DNA of 64,000 bases from an uncultured Poribacteria bacterium (GTDB lineage: Bacteria > Poribacteria > WGA-4E > WGA-3G). Positions 1 through 10,541 of this stretch are shown here, one piece after another (position 1 is the stretch's first letter; every line of letters starts with the position of its first letter). The stretch is from the NCBI GenBank assembly GCA_951813565.1, contig OX638351.1, forward strand, positions 1,568,001-1,632,000, in the 5' to 3' direction. The translations under genes and the position numbers were made by a program. The notes beneath the pieces are model-generated. The model saw only the letters and a program-made list of their open reading frames with translations, did not search any database and was not told the origin of the DNA.

Positions 1-459
1 TTTCACCTGGGACCAAGGTTTGTGTATGAGACGTTACCCGCAGCCATTCTATTAACAAGTAAGGGAATTGTCACAAGCACGCAACTTTTAGCAGCTTGGC
101 CAAAAACACCTTCTTATGCACACGCACGAAGTGCCATCTGTTTTATACTCACAGGACTTTTTCTGTTTGCGATACTTTTCAATATGCCAAAAACTGCCGA
201 AACATATCACGAGTATGGCGAAGACGTTACAATTCAGAAGTATCTCAACGAAAAAAATATTGAAAAAGCACTGGTCTTTGTGAAAAACTCACGCGCCTAT
301 TGGGTGCATTATCCATTTAACGCTCCTTTTGCCAAACCGCACATCTACGCCAAAGACAGAGAAAACGAAAACCGAAAACTCGCAGAAAAATTTCCAGATT
401 ACCGATACTTTATCGCAGATGAAAATGATGTTGTAGAAGTCTCTATGGATGAACTGTGA
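1..459 (+). CDS. 3' part of a membrane protein, probably a GT-C/PMT-type glycosyltransferase (5'-truncated by the window)
   Basis: Frame is open from base 1 (FHLGPRFVYETLPAA); GPRFxxExLP-like motif, then a TM helix and a soluble tail. Confidence 0.5.
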   Translation, partial: FHLGPRFVYETLPAAILLTSKGIVTSTQLLAAWPKTPSYAHARSAICFILTGLFLFAILFNMPKTAETYHEYGEDVTIQKYLNEKNIEKALVFVKNSRAYWVHYPFNAPFAKPHIYAKDRENENRKLAEKFPDYRYFIADENDVVEVSMDEL

Positions 460-605
460 GACCCATATCTTATTGCTCAACATAAATGATAAAACAGCGT
501 TTTACGCCTCTGTCTTGTTTATTTTCTCTTGTGTTTCTAATTTGAATTATCAATCCCTCCTTTTTCTTGCCAACATCCCAAAAATTATAAATTTTATTAA
601 AAAAC

Positions 606-634
606 TTGACACATCTTCCCTAAATATGTAAAAC
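606..634 (+). promoter_or_regulatory. sigma70-type promoter upstream of trkH
   Basis: TTGACA-17nt-TAAAAC. Confidence 0.55.
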
Positions 635-683
635 TATATTTCACCGCACTGCGAAACCTTTATTTTACCGGTAACCACCACCT

Positions 684-2192
684 ATGAGTCGAAAACTCAT
701 TTTCCATACACTTGGCAACCTATTAATTTGTCTCGCCGGTACAATGCTGTTGCCGTTAGGCATAGCTATCTATTACTATTTCAGCGCGGGTGAACCGAAA
801 GAGGATCTGTTTGCGTTCGTTTATGCTACCGTTATAACCCTGTGTGTCGGTTTAATCCTTCGGTTCACCATCAGACCGGCAGAACCAGAACTTGGAATAC
901 GTGAGGGATTTGCTATTGTCGCTTTAGGGTGGGTGTTTGTAGCACTCTTTGGCTCTTTTCCTTATCTTTTTGCAGATGTTTTCTCAGCAGAAGGACGCTC
1001 ACCTTTAGAAGAATTCTCGTTCTGTTATTTTGAATCTATGTCCGGTTTTTCAACAACCGGTGCTACAGTTTTAACAGAGATTGAACACCTTTCACATGCG
1101 ATGCTATTTTGGCGCAGCTTCAGCCATTGGCTTGGCGGTATGGGAATTGTTGTGCTTGCTGTAGCGATTCTCCCAATGCTCGGTGTGGGCGGAATGCAGC
1201 TGTTTCGCGCAGAGGCACCAGGTCCCCAAACAGATCGGCTAACACCACGTATCGCGCAAACAGCCAAATTGCTGTGGGGAGTCTACATTTTACTCTCGGT
1301 ATTGGAGACGCTGCTGCTTTGGCTCGGAGACATGACCCTTTTTGATGCGCTCTGTCATACCTTTGGGACAATGGCTACTGGCGGATTTTCAACTAAAAAT
1401 GGTAGCATCGCGCATTACGATAGCGTTTATATTGAAACGGTCATTACTGTTTTTATGTTCCTTGCAGGAACTAATTTCGCCTTGCACTATCGTGCACTCC
1501 GAGGTGATGTCAAAAGTTATTTCAAAGATACTGAATTTAGATTCTATTGTGTCGTGATTCTTTCAAGTATTCTCCTCGTTTCTTGGAATACTGTCAGATT
1601 TGAAAACGTTGATGGTCAAATTCCCTACGATTCCGTATGGGTTTCCATTCGACATGCGACATTCCAAGTACTATCTATAACAACCACAACAGGATATGGC
1701 TCTGCTGATTTTGAAATGTGGCCTGCCTTATCTCAGTTTATATTGGTAACCCTCATGTTTTATGGCGGGTGTGCTGGATCAACAGGTGGCGGGATGAAAC
1801 AGATGCGCTTCTTACTTCTCATCAAGCAAAGCGGTGCTGAAATTAAGCGACTTATCTTCCCGCACGCTGTCCTCCCTGTACGTGTCAATGACAGAGTCGT
1901 GCCACCCGAAGTGCTTACACATGTTCTTGGCTTTTTCTTCTTTTTTATTGGCATATTTGCTATCGTGACGTGTATTATGGCAACCTTGGGTTTGGATTTA
2001 ATTACCGCCGCAGGTTGCACAATTGCTACGATGGGGAACATAGGTCCTGGACTCGGTGATGTAGGTCCTATTGATAATTACGCGCATATCCACACTGCAG
2101 GCAAATTTGTCCTGACTTTCTGCATGTTACTCGGACGCTTGGAACTCTACACCGTGCTTATTCTCTTTTCACCGAATTACTGGAAAAAATAA
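684..2192 (+). CDS. trkH: Trk-type K+ uptake membrane protein
   Basis: Pore-loop motifs SGFSTTGAT, MATGGFS, TTTTGYG, GNIGPG; C-terminal GRLELY. Confidence 0.95.
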   Translation: MSRKLIFHTLGNLLICLAGTMLLPLGIAIYYYFSAGEPKEDLFAFVYATVITLCVGLILRFTIRPAEPELGIREGFAIVALGWVFVALFGSFPYLFADVFSAEGRSPLEEFSFCYFESMSGFSTTGATVLTEIEHLSHAMLFWRSFSHWLGGMGIVVLAVAILPMLGVGGMQLFRAEAPGPQTDRLTPRIAQTAKLLWGVYILLSVLETLLLWLGDMTLFDALCHTFGTMATGGFSTKNGSIAHYDSVYIETVITVFMFLAGTNFALHYRALRGDVKSYFKDTEFRFYCVVILSSILLVSWNTVRFENVDGQIPYDSVWVSIRHATFQVLSITTTTGYGSADFEMWPALSQFILVTLMFYGGCAGSTGGGMKQMRFLLLIKQSGAEIKRLIFPHAVLPVRVNDRVVPPEVLTHVLGFFFFFIGIFAIVTCIMATLGLDLITAAGCTIATMGNIGPGLGDVGPIDNYAHIHTAGKFVLTFCMLLGRLELYTVLILFSPNYWKK

Positions 2193-2194
2193 TT

Positions 2195-2836
2195 ATGAAC
2201 ACTAACAAACTCCGTAGGGAATATCAATCACACGGAGAATTAACCGAAGACAATATCGCCAAAAATCCGTTTAACCAGTTTGAAAAATGGTTAAATGATG
2301 CCGTAGCAGCAGAGATTGATCTACCAGACGCAATGACTCTGGCAACCGCAACGCCAGATGGAATCCCCTCCGCCCGTATGGTTGTCCTGAGAGGATTTGA
2401 CGAAAATGGCTTCTGTTTCTATACAGACTATGACAGTCAAAAAGGAAGGGAATTGGCAGAGAACCCTCATGCAGCACTTGTTTTCTATTGGCGAGAACTT
2501 GATCGGCAAGTGAGAACCAACGGCACGGTTGAAAAAATGACATCTGCGGAATCGGATGCATATTTTGCCAGTCGTCCAAATGATAGTCAACTTGCTGTCT
2601 GGACAGAACGGCAAAGCATCGTTATTTCTGGGAGAGAACATCTGACGACAAACTTCAAGAAAGCAGAACAAACTTATCAGGGTGATGATATTCCGCGTCC
2701 TCCGCATTGGGGAGGATATAGGCTTATTCCGAATATGTTCGAATTCTGGCAAGGATGTCCAAGTCGACTTCATGATCGAATCCGTTATATATTAAAAGAC
2801 AATGGAGGCTGGGAAATAGAGAGGTTATCACCATGA
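2195..2836 (+). CDS. pdxH: pyridoxamine 5'-phosphate oxidase
   Basis: AMTLAT..PSARMVVL, SQKG, RQVR, PPHWGG, EFWQG..SRLHDR, ERLSP. Confidence 0.97.
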   Translation: MNTNKLRREYQSHGELTEDNIAKNPFNQFEKWLNDAVAAEIDLPDAMTLATATPDGIPSARMVVLRGFDENGFCFYTDYDSQKGRELAENPHAALVFYWRELDRQVRTNGTVEKMTSAESDAYFASRPNDSQLAVWTERQSIVISGREHLTTNFKKAEQTYQGDDIPRPPHWGGYRLIPNMFEFWQGCPSRLHDRIRYILKDNGGWEIERLSP

Positions 2837-2865
2837 TGGTGAATATAAATTTTGGCAGGTAAAAA

Positions 2866-2894
2866 TTGACAAAATTCAAATTTTCGTTTATTAT
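2866..2894 (+). promoter_or_regulatory. sigma70-type promoter
   Basis: TTGACA-17nt-TATTAT upstream of the ORF at 2978. Confidence 0.45.
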
Positions 2895-2977
2895 CATCAA
2901 AAGTTGGCATTTGCTGACTTTTAGAGTTTTGCTATAAGGTGGAGAACAGGACACTCTCCGTGTCAAGAAAGGCAAAA

Positions 2978-3220
2978 ATGAAAACACAATTCATGATCCT
3001 TGTTTCTCAACCGCATCAGCATGTATCTGCTTCTGGTGAAGTCGTAAAGCATACGCATAGATACCACCCACCGACTCCATCTGAACTGACCGACTCGGAT
3101 AATGACCAAACAAAGCAACCCATACTCCGTGTTTGGGAAAAACTTGACCTTGAAGCCATCAGGAGGGATTACCAACCCTATACTGTACAAGAAATGATGC
3201 AACCGAAGAAGCATCAATAA
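2978..3220 (+). CDS. small hypothetical protein or gene remnant (80 aa)
   Basis: ATG at 2978 after AGAAAGG, with an upstream promoter; no family recognised. Confidence 0.35.
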   Translation: MKTQFMILVSQPHQHVSASGEVVKHTHRYHPPTPSELTDSDNDQTKQPILRVWEKLDLEAIRRDYQPYTVQEMMQPKKHQ

Positions 3221-3283
3221 ATCACGGTAACACATCAATTTTCAACAATATTTAAAAAAATGTAATTTTTTCTTGAAAAAGAC

Positions 3284-3311
3284 TTGACACTTTTCTCTGA
3301 ATATGTAAAAT
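3284..3311 (+). promoter_or_regulatory. sigma70-type promoter of the nuo cluster
   Basis: TTGACA-16nt-TAAAAT in AT-rich DNA upstream of nuoA. Confidence 0.6.
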
Positions 3312-3463
3312 TATAAGGACGTTTAATAAATTCTTTGTAAATTTGAACGCAAAACTCTTAATCAGTGTTAATTATTGGCAACGTCAGAAGTTCATCCTAT
3401 AATAGGGAAATAACGGATAGTATAATCTGAATGTTGCTGGAGGCTTAAAATAGATTCAAGCAA

Positions 3464-3838
3464 ATGTCAGAATTAGCTAAGTATCTTCCGATAGTATTTT
3501 TAGGACTCTTTGCAGTCCTCTTTGCAGGTGTTAATCTCGCCCTGACCCATCTTCTTGGACCTAAAAAACCCACACGTGTTAAACTTTCCGTCTACGAATC
3601 TGGTGTGCAACCCGTCGGTGATGCAAGACAAAGATTCACTATTCGGTTTGACCTCATTGCGATGCTCTTTATCATCTTTGATATTGAGGTAGTCTTTCTC
3701 TATCCATGGGCAGTGGTTTTTAAGAAGATGTCCGCAGATAACGGTTTATTTATTTTAATTGAGATGCTGGTATTTATCGGTATTCTCCTTCTGGGCTATA
3801 TCTACGCTTGGAAAAAAGGAGGCTTAACATGGGATTAG
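3464..3838 (+). CDS. nuoA: NADH-quinone oxidoreductase subunit A
   Basis: [29 protein letters not shown]. Confidence 0.97.
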   Translation: MSELAKYLPIVFLGLFAVLFAGVNLALTHLLGPKKPTRVKLSVYESGVQPVGDARQRFTIRFDLIAMLFIIFDIEVVFLYPWAVVFKKMSADNGLFILIEMLVFIGILLLGYIYAWKKGGLTWD

Positions 3839-4356
3839 CCAAAACCCATATACAAAGTGGATCAAGCACCGAACAAACTGATGGTAATATCATCACAACG
3901 ACTATTGACAAAGTCGTTAACTGGGGACGAAAAAATTCCTTGTGGCCGATGCCGTTCGGTACCGCTTGTTGTGCAATAGAGATGATGGCGACCTTGGCTT
4001 CCAAATTCGACCTTTCTCGATTCGGTTCTGAGGCAATCCGCTTTTCGCCACGTCAATCCGATCTACTCATCGTTTCAGGGCGAATTTCAATTAAAATGAT
4101 GCCAGTGTTGAAACGAATTTATGATCAGATGCCAGACCCGAAGTGGGTTATCTCAATGGGTGCATGTGCATCCTGCGGCGGTGTCTTTGATACCTATACC
4201 TTAATACAAGGCGTTGACCAATTCCTTCCTGTTGATGTCTATATTCCTGGATGCCCACCACGACCAGAAGATTTGATTGATGCTGTCATGCAAGTGCAAC
4301 GGCAAATCCAAAAAGGTGAGCTCCCCAAAGGTTCTGAGGTCGCATATAATGAATGA
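3829..4356 (+). CDS. nuoB: NADH-quinone oxidoreductase subunit B
   Basis: [30 protein letters not shown] at 3829 after AGGAGG. Confidence 0.97.
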   Translation: MGLAKTHIQSGSSTEQTDGNIITTTIDKVVNWGRKNSLWPMPFGTACCAIEMMATLASKFDLSRFGSEAIRFSPRQSDLLIVSGRISIKMMPVLKRIYDQMPDPKWVISMGACASCGGVFDTYTLIQGVDQFLPVDVYIPGCPPRPEDLIDAVMQVQRQIQKGELPKGSEVAYNE

Positions 4357-4894
4357 AGAGAAAGAAAGTACGGAAGAAACGCAACCACTTGTACTTGAAA
4401 AACTACGAGAAAAGTTTGCAGATGTGCTCTTAGCGGATGCGGAAACCAGTAATGGTGTTGCTGTTGTTGTAAGTAAAGAACACAGTTATGCCCTGTTAGA
4501 ATATCTAAAGACAGAACTCGCCTACGCATTTCTTGTTGATGTCACTGCGGTTGACAATTCCAATTTGGAATCGGAATTGATGCAGTATGACTATGCCCGA
4601 TTCATGGTCGTCTATCACCTTTGGACCTTTGAAGGGGAAACGCCTCGTATCCGAGTCAAAGTGCCAGTGCATGAAAAGGATTTGAAAATTCCCTCGGTAA
4701 CAAAGTTATGGAAGGGTGCCAATTGGTTGGAGCGGGAAACTTACGATATGTTCGGAATAGACTTTGAGGGACACCCCGATCTGCGTCGAATTTTAATGCC
4801 TGATGATTATGAGGGACATCCACTCCGTAAGGATTATCCGCTGCGTGGGCATGGGGAGCGCGAACGTTTCAATTTTGATAAACAGAATGCCTAA
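4349..4894 (+). CDS. nuoC: NADH-quinone oxidoreductase subunit C
   Basis: [36 protein letters not shown]. Confidence 0.96.
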   Translation: MNEEKESTEETQPLVLEKLREKFADVLLADAETSNGVAVVVSKEHSYALLEYLKTELAYAFLVDVTAVDNSNLESELMQYDYARFMVVYHLWTFEGETPRIRVKVPVHEKDLKIPSVTKLWKGANWLERETYDMFGIDFEGHPDLRRILMPDDYEGHPLRKDYPLRGHGERERFNFDKQNA

Positions 4895-4912
4895 CACACT
4901 AAGAGGGAAAAA

Positions 4913-5556
4913 ATGAAAAGTTTATATTTTTTATCATCCCAATTGTGGTTATTTTGTTAGTAACGGAGACTGCCAACTATTCAGCAGACACGCCAAAAGA
5001 TACAATTGAGATACCTGAGTTACAACTTGATATACACGTGGAAATATCGTGCAGTGATAATACCACAAAATCTTTGATAGAAAGTTATATAAAGCGAGAA
5101 CTGCGTAGTTTGGGGGATATAGAACTTGTTGATAGGAAAGACGCAAAATGGATACTTTCTTTAATAGTTATTCCTCATACCAGCAAAACAACAGGAAATA
5201 AAACAGGTCGAACATCAATAGCAATTATGAGACTATATCAATTTACATGCGACACTGCTATACATGAGGGTATCATTAAGTTTGTAGAAGCCTATGATAA
5301 AGTGATATGGAAAGACTTTGGTAAGGACTGTTTTTCAAAAATGAAAGAAATTTCTAATGACATAGTTCGTCCTGTTTATAATGACCCTGACTTAGCACTA
5401 ATTGTAAACATAGAGAATAATGATTTACATAACACTTGTAAAGAAATTGTGGCTGAGTTTGATGTTGAGGACTTAGAACCCAGAAGAAAAAATCATCAAC
5501 AATATAAAGAAATGATTGAAGAGATAAACAAAAAGTATCAGCAACCCGTAGATTGA
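4913..5556 (+). pseudogene. secreted hypothetical protein with an N-terminal frameshift
   Basis: RBS-ATG at 4913 is out of frame with the 4945-5556 ORF; adding one base gives the signal peptide MKKFIFFIIPIVVILLVTETANYSA; AT-rich. Confidence 0.55.
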
Positions 5557-5609
5557 GTAAAGCGCAGCGAAACCTAACAATTCAAACGCTCACAAAAGAA
5601 GACATCTTA

Positions 5610-6152
5610 ATGGATTGGGTAAACATTCTTAGTGTTGTAATAACAACCGTAGCTACTGTTGTGCTGGCATTTTTTAATATAAAATATGTGCGTCTTGTAC
5701 GGAAAATGTTAATCACCTCTCACAGACCAGAAATTATTGTAGGTTATAATTGGAATAAATTTGAGAATGGAGGATTGAAAGATAACGATTTCAGAATGTT
5801 TCTTTATGTTAAAAATGTAGGACGTGGTGCTGCTTATAACATAGAATTTATATATGATAAATCTTACGAACTACCTATACTTGGAGCAGAATTTCCACCA
5901 AATAGAACTCTTGATGAAATAAAGGTTCTCCAAGACGGTATCTCTATTCTTGAACAGGGTGGTAAAAGAACAGAAATTGCATTTGGGGGAAATACTTTTA
6001 AATTTAACAGTCTAAAACAATTTTGGGAGAAAGAGGAAAAACACGCTACTAATATAACTGTGATCTACGAAGATTCAGAGAAGGTTTCATATAATCAAAC
6101 TTTAACAATTGATTTTTGTAGACCGAACTATTCTAACGAATTCAATCCGTAA
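5610..6152 (+). CDS. hypothetical protein with an N-terminal membrane anchor
   Basis: N-terminal TM helix, then a soluble domain with KNVGRGAAYNI; AT-rich. Confidence 0.65.
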   Translation: MDWVNILSVVITTVATVVLAFFNIKYVRLVRKMLITSHRPEIIVGYNWNKFENGGLKDNDFRMFLYVKNVGRGAAYNIEFIYDKSYELPILGAEFPPNRTLDEIKVLQDGISILEQGGKRTEIAFGGNTFKFNSLKQFWEKEEKHATNITVIYEDSEKVSYNQTLTIDFCRPNYSNEFNP

Positions 6153-6468
6153 TACTGATGTCAAGTTCTATAATCCAAATGCCACACAAGACGATTTAAC
6201 ACGTGAAAGTCCATTAAGATGTGCGAGGAAAGTAAACTTGACCAGATAGAACAAGAGGGCGTTGTGCTAAAAAAGATAAATAATTTGGCAAAAACGGCAG
6301 AACAAAAAGAAAGGGTATACACAACCCAACGGCCCGATAGATCTCCAAGATGCTTTAACTTGGACAAGAGCGTTTTTGATACAAACGATACGCGAAACAC
6401 CATATCAACTTAAACTCAACAATTTCTAACCAAAAACAACTATTTACGATTTTAAAAAGGAGTACTTT

Positions 6469-7665
6469 ATGCAAGGTGGGATGGAACGCACAACAGGCGA
6501 GAAGATGGTTCTCAACTTCGGACCGCAACACCCTGCCACGCACGGCACCCTTCGTATCGTCCTTGAACTTGACGGTGAATCTATTTTGAAGGCGACACCA
6601 CACGCGGGATACTTACATACCGGATTTGAAAAACTTGGTGAACACTTAGATTATAACCAGTACATCGTTGTTACTGACCGGATGAATTATCTGTCGCCGT
6701 TGTCTAATAATTTTGGGTATGTGCTTGCAGTGGAACAACTGCTCGGTATTGAAGTGCCAAAACGGTGTCAATATATCCGAATTTTGATGGCAGAACTTTC
6801 TCGACTGGCTGACCATCTGCTGTGGCTCGGTACTGCAGCTTTAGATTTAGGGGCATTTTCAGTTTTCCTCTATAGCTTCCGCGAACGCGAAAAACTTTAC
6901 AGCATCTTTGAAAAAACAACAGGCGCACGGTTGACAACAAGTTACACCCGTGTAGGTGGTGTATTTCGCGACCTTTATGATGGTTTTGAAACAGATGCCC
7001 GTGATTTCATCACCAATTTTCCTAAGGCGTTAAAGGAAACACATACATTGTTAACCCGCAACAGGATTTGGATGGACAGGACAAAAGGAGTTGGTGCAAT
7101 TTCTCCTGAAGATGCGATTAATTACGGGTTAACTGGTCCCTGCCTACGTGCAACCGGTGTTGCGCACGATATCCGCAAGGCTGAGCCGTATTCCTCTTAC
7201 AATGAAATGAAATTTGAGGTGCCTGTAGGCACTAACGGCGATGCGTACGACCGATATTTAGTGCGAATGGAGGAGATGATTCAAAGCTGCAGTATCGTTG
7301 GACAAGCACTTGATAATCTGCCGGATGGACCATTTAGTGTTGAAGATAACAAAATCATGATGCCAGACAAATCAGATGCGTACGGTCATATTGAAGGATT
7401 GATCCACCATTTTAAAATCGTTATGGATGGACATGGTGTGCAGCCGCCCAAAGGCGACCATTATTGTGCTACGGAATCGCCAAATGGAGAATTAGGATTC
7501 TATATTGTCAGCGATGGTAGTGGCACTGCCTATCGGATTAGAATTCGTCCGCCAAGTTTCTTCCATTTCCAAGCACTGCCGCACATGTTGGAAGGCGGCA
7601 TGGTATCGGATACGGTGGCTGTGTTAGGTAGTTTGAACGTGATCGCAGGAGAGTTAGATCGGTAA
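6469..7665 (+). CDS. nuoD: NADH-quinone oxidoreductase subunit D
   Basis: NFGPQHPATHGTLR, GYLHTGFEK, DRMNY, ESPNGELG, GELDR. Confidence 0.98.
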   Translation: MQGGMERTTGEKMVLNFGPQHPATHGTLRIVLELDGESILKATPHAGYLHTGFEKLGEHLDYNQYIVVTDRMNYLSPLSNNFGYVLAVEQLLGIEVPKRCQYIRILMAELSRLADHLLWLGTAALDLGAFSVFLYSFREREKLYSIFEKTTGARLTTSYTRVGGVFRDLYDGFETDARDFITNFPKALKETHTLLTRNRIWMDRTKGVGAISPEDAINYGLTGPCLRATGVAHDIRKAEPYSSYNEMKFEVPVGTNGDAYDRYLVRMEEMIQSCSIVGQALDNLPDGPFSVEDNKIMMPDKSDAYGHIEGLIHHFKIVMDGHGVQPPKGDHYCATESPNGELGFYIVSDGSGTAYRIRIRPPSFFHFQALPHMLEGGMVSDTVAVLGSLNVIAGELDR

Positions 7666-7709
7666 ATTGTCTTAAAACAACATTTAGCTTGATGCTGGGA
7701 GATGACACG

Positions 7710-8414
7710 ATGCGGAAAAAGATACAGTCTGCACCGACAATATTCTATCCGGAATCAGACGGCAAACCGATGGCAGAAACAGATACACACCGCAAGTTGA
7801 TGATGGATTTTATTCTGATGCTTGAGGACCATTTCGAAAATGATGGCGATGTTTATGTCTCTGGTAACTTATTTTTCTATTACGAAGAAGGGGATCCAAA
7901 GAAAGTTATATCTCCTGATGTGTTCGTTGTTTTTGGGGTTGATAAGAAACTGCGGAACACTTTTCAAACGTGGGCAGAAGCAAACACTCCTGATTTCGTA
8001 CTTGAGGTAGCAAGTCCCAAAACTTTTAAAAATGATATGGGACACAAGAAGGACCTATACGCATCTGTGCTCGCGGTGAAGGAATATTATATCTACGATC
8101 CGCTTGGTCAGATCGTGCCGAGTTTTGTCGGATACCGACTTGTTGATGGTGTATATCAAGAGATTGATTTTGTAAATGAGCGTTTACCAGCAAAGACATT
8201 AGGTTTAGAATTGGGCGAACATGACGGTAAGTTGAGCCTCTATAATCCCAATACGTCGCAGTGGTTGCAAACGCCATCGGAAGAGGTAAAAGAGGTTAGG
8301 GCACGTGCAGAAAACGCTGAGGCACGCGCGCAACAAGAGGCTAACGCACGCCAAAATGTTGAAGCAGAACTTGCAAAGGCTTTAGCTGAAGTTGAACGCC
8401 TTCGTGCAGAGTAA
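7710..8414 (+). CDS. Uma2 family (PD-(D/E)xK) endonuclease
   Basis: YPESDGKPMAETDTH, SPDVFVVFG, PDFVLEVAS, EYYIYDP; coiled-coil tail. Confidence 0.92.
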   Translation: MRKKIQSAPTIFYPESDGKPMAETDTHRKLMMDFILMLEDHFENDGDVYVSGNLFFYYEEGDPKKVISPDVFVVFGVDKKLRNTFQTWAEANTPDFVLEVASPKTFKNDMGHKKDLYASVLAVKEYYIYDPLGQIVPSFVGYRLVDGVYQEIDFVNERLPAKTLGLELGEHDGKLSLYNPNTSQWLQTPSEEVKEVRARAENAEARAQQEANARQNVEAELAKALAEVERLRAE

Positions 8415-8423
8415 CAGGCAATT

Positions 8424-8765
8424 ATGTATCTTGGCAGTATAATCCTTTTTGTCAAAAACATGAAATCTGTAATTGCATTTTATAGGGATGTTGTCGGATT
8501 AACGCCTGATGAAGACCAACCGTTTCCTGAACATCGGTTTTTTCGTTTTGACACTGGAGAATGCAAACTATGTCTGCATAGTGCAAGCAAACCAAACGAA
8601 GGAAGACAAAAGATTGGTTTTCATGTTGAAAGTGTGAGTGCCGTTCATCAGGATTTGAAAGCAAAGGGGCTGCGATTGAGACCATTAGAAAATGAGGATG
8701 GTCTTGCGTGTTTTGACATTAGAGACCCAGAGAAAAACCGAATTCAGTTTTGGGGAAAATACTAA
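8424..8765 (+). CDS. VOC/glyoxalase family protein
   Basis: AFYRDVVGL, FHVESV, RDPEKNRIQ. Confidence 0.85.
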   Translation: MYLGSIILFVKNMKSVIAFYRDVVGLTPDEDQPFPEHRFFRFDTGECKLCLHSASKPNEGRQKIGFHVESVSAVHQDLKAKGLRLRPLENEDGLACFDIRDPEKNRIQFWGKY

Positions 8766-8847
8766 CTTATGGGTGAGGTTGGGAAGGTAAGATATTGGTG
8801 TTAGGAAATAGGAGACGAAAGGACTATATACTTTTAAGGAGAACATA

Positions 8848-9660
8848 ATGGCACGTCCATATTCAAAAGATACCTCTATTTCTTATGTCCCTACTGACGA
8901 TAGAGACCTTTACCCTTCTGAAGATGGAAAACCCATGGCAGCAAGCGATTATCATTTAAGATTACTAATATGGACGCTGCAAGCACTTGAGGCACATTTC
9001 GCACCAAACCCGGAAGTCTATATCTCTGGTGACATAATGATGTATTACAGAGAGGGGGATCCCCGAAAATCTATATCTCCAGATGTCCTCGTCTGTTTTG
9101 GCATAAACCCAAAGATGCGTCTAACGTATAAAACATGGGAGGAAGGAAAAGTTCCCGATTTCGTGATGGAGTTCTCCAGTAAAAGCACTTATGATAAAGA
9201 CTTAGGTGAGAAGATGGATGTTTACGCTTCATTGGGAATACAGAATTACTTCTTATACGATGCAGAGGGGTTGTATTTGCCATCTCCGCTGATGGGATTC
9301 ACGTTAGTGGACGGTGTATATGTCGCTGTTTCTGCGGATGAGCGGGGAGGTTTTCTCGCCTCGGTTTTGGATTTGGATTTCCATCTTCGCGATGGAGAGA
9401 TAGCGATTTATGACCCTGTTGCGGATGAATGGCTTCAGACATTGGCAGAGAAAGAAGCTGCTCGCGCAGCAAATGCTGAGGCACGCGCTGAACAGGAAAC
9501 CATCGCACGAGAGAACGCTGAAACACGCGCAGAGCAAGAAGCCACACGTGCAGCAAACGCTGAAACACGCGCAGAACAAGAAGCTACACGTGCTGAAAAT
9601 GCTGAAGCAGAAGTCGCGCAACTCCGTGAAGAACTGGCACGTTTGAAAGCACCCAGCTAA
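8848..9660 (+). CDS. Uma2 family endonuclease with a repetitive coiled-coil tail
   Basis: YPSEDGKPMA, SPDVLV, PDFVMEFSS, YFLYDAEG. Confidence 0.92.
   Translation: MARPYSKDTSISYVPTDDRDLYPSEDGKPMAASDYHLRLLIWTLQALEAHFAPNPEVYISGDIMMYYREGDPRKSISPDVLVCFGINPKMRLTYKTWEEGKVPDFVMEFSSKSTYDKDLGEKMDVYASLGIQNYFLYDAEGLYLPSPLMGFTLVDGVYVAVSADERGGFLASVLDLDFHLRDGEIAIYDPVADEWLQTLAEKEAARAANAEARAEQETIARENAETRAEQEATRAANAETRAEQEATRAENAEAEVAQLREELARLKAPS
9469..9609 (+). repeat. 42-bp (14-aa) coding tandem repeat, about 3.3 copies
   Basis: ANAEARAEQETIAR / ENAETRAEQEATRA / ANAETRAEQEATRA / ENAEA. Confidence 0.85.
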
Positions 9661-9720
9661 CCCTCTGACAACTCGATAACTTTATGTTTGGCAAAGCGAT
9701 ATGAATTTGAGACAGTTGAT

Positions 9721-10476
9721 ATGATTACTTGGGGTAAAAAAGCGAGAATATTAGGTAGTACAGAAATTTACCACTGTGATGTGTGTAACGACGAATTGTC
9801 GCATACTGTGGTATTTCATTACCGTGTATTTGGTTTCTTTTGGATATTCTTAGCAGCATTTTCAAAATCGTATGACCGTGTGTGCAACAAATGTGGTGAA
9901 AAAACGAGAATACGACAAATCTCAGATGAATTAAAATTAGCATCCACAATACCATTTTTTCATAGATTCGGATTGTTGATATTTATTTGCATCGGACTAA
10001 TAGCCTGGTATTTTCAAGCTTCAAGCGAAAAAGCCGCAAAGGAAATCCTTGACAATGAGCGAGTTCGGGTTATGGAATCGCTGTTTAGTTCCGGTGAGAA
10101 ACTAACTATAGATGGCGAAGAGAAATTAATGTTCCGATTAAATGACTACGGCGCTGGCCTTTTATCTCAATTCTACAAGGATGCAGAAAGTAAACCGGTT
10201 CCTAATTTTCTTGCAACTGATGGTCTACAAATAAAGTCGTATGAAATCCCTGAAAAAGGGTTTAGCGATAGAGTTCGCGCATTTATGTACGTAGACGATG
10301 CGTCAAATCAACAATATGTTGATGAAATTGGATTTGAAGTATTAATACTTTACGAATTAAGTCGTACTATGTCGTTATCCGATCGTGTAGAGATCGCAAA
10401 TGCCATGAACTGGTATAGTGGACAATGGAATTCTACAGATTGTTTCTTCATATATGACGTGCTGTTGTCCAAGTAA
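9721..10476 (+). CDS. zinc-ribbon domain membrane protein
   Basis: CDVC...CNKC zinc ribbon followed by a TM helix; ATG at 9721 preferred over TTG at 9688. Confidence 0.7.
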   Translation: MITWGKKARILGSTEIYHCDVCNDELSHTVVFHYRVFGFFWIFLAAFSKSYDRVCNKCGEKTRIRQISDELKLASTIPFFHRFGLLIFICIGLIAWYFQASSEKAAKEILDNERVRVMESLFSSGEKLTIDGEEKLMFRLNDYGAGLLSQFYKDAESKPVPNFLATDGLQIKSYEIPEKGFSDRVRAFMYVDDASNQQYVDEIGFEVLILYELSRTMSLSDRVEIANAMNWYSGQWNSTDCFFIYDVLLSK

Positions 10477-10541
10477 CTTTGTTTCGGCAGATAAATGCAA
10501 ATTATTCCAATTATAAAAAATAACCACATCTTAAAGAAGTA

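Noticed and set aside
2941..2964. Overlapping GGAGA/TCTCC and GACAC/GTGTC stems as a riboswitch or pseudoknot
   Set aside because: Only 5-bp stems, no connecting loop for a pseudoknot, and no recognisable RNA family
6161..6420. Short ORFs on both strands between the AT-rich insert and nuoD
   Set aside because: No RBS or motif; probably a decayed gene remnant that I cannot assign
9469..9609. 42-bp repeats as a possible CRISPR or DGR element
   Set aside because: In-frame coiled-coil repeats typical of Uma2 tails; no spacers and no reverse transcriptase
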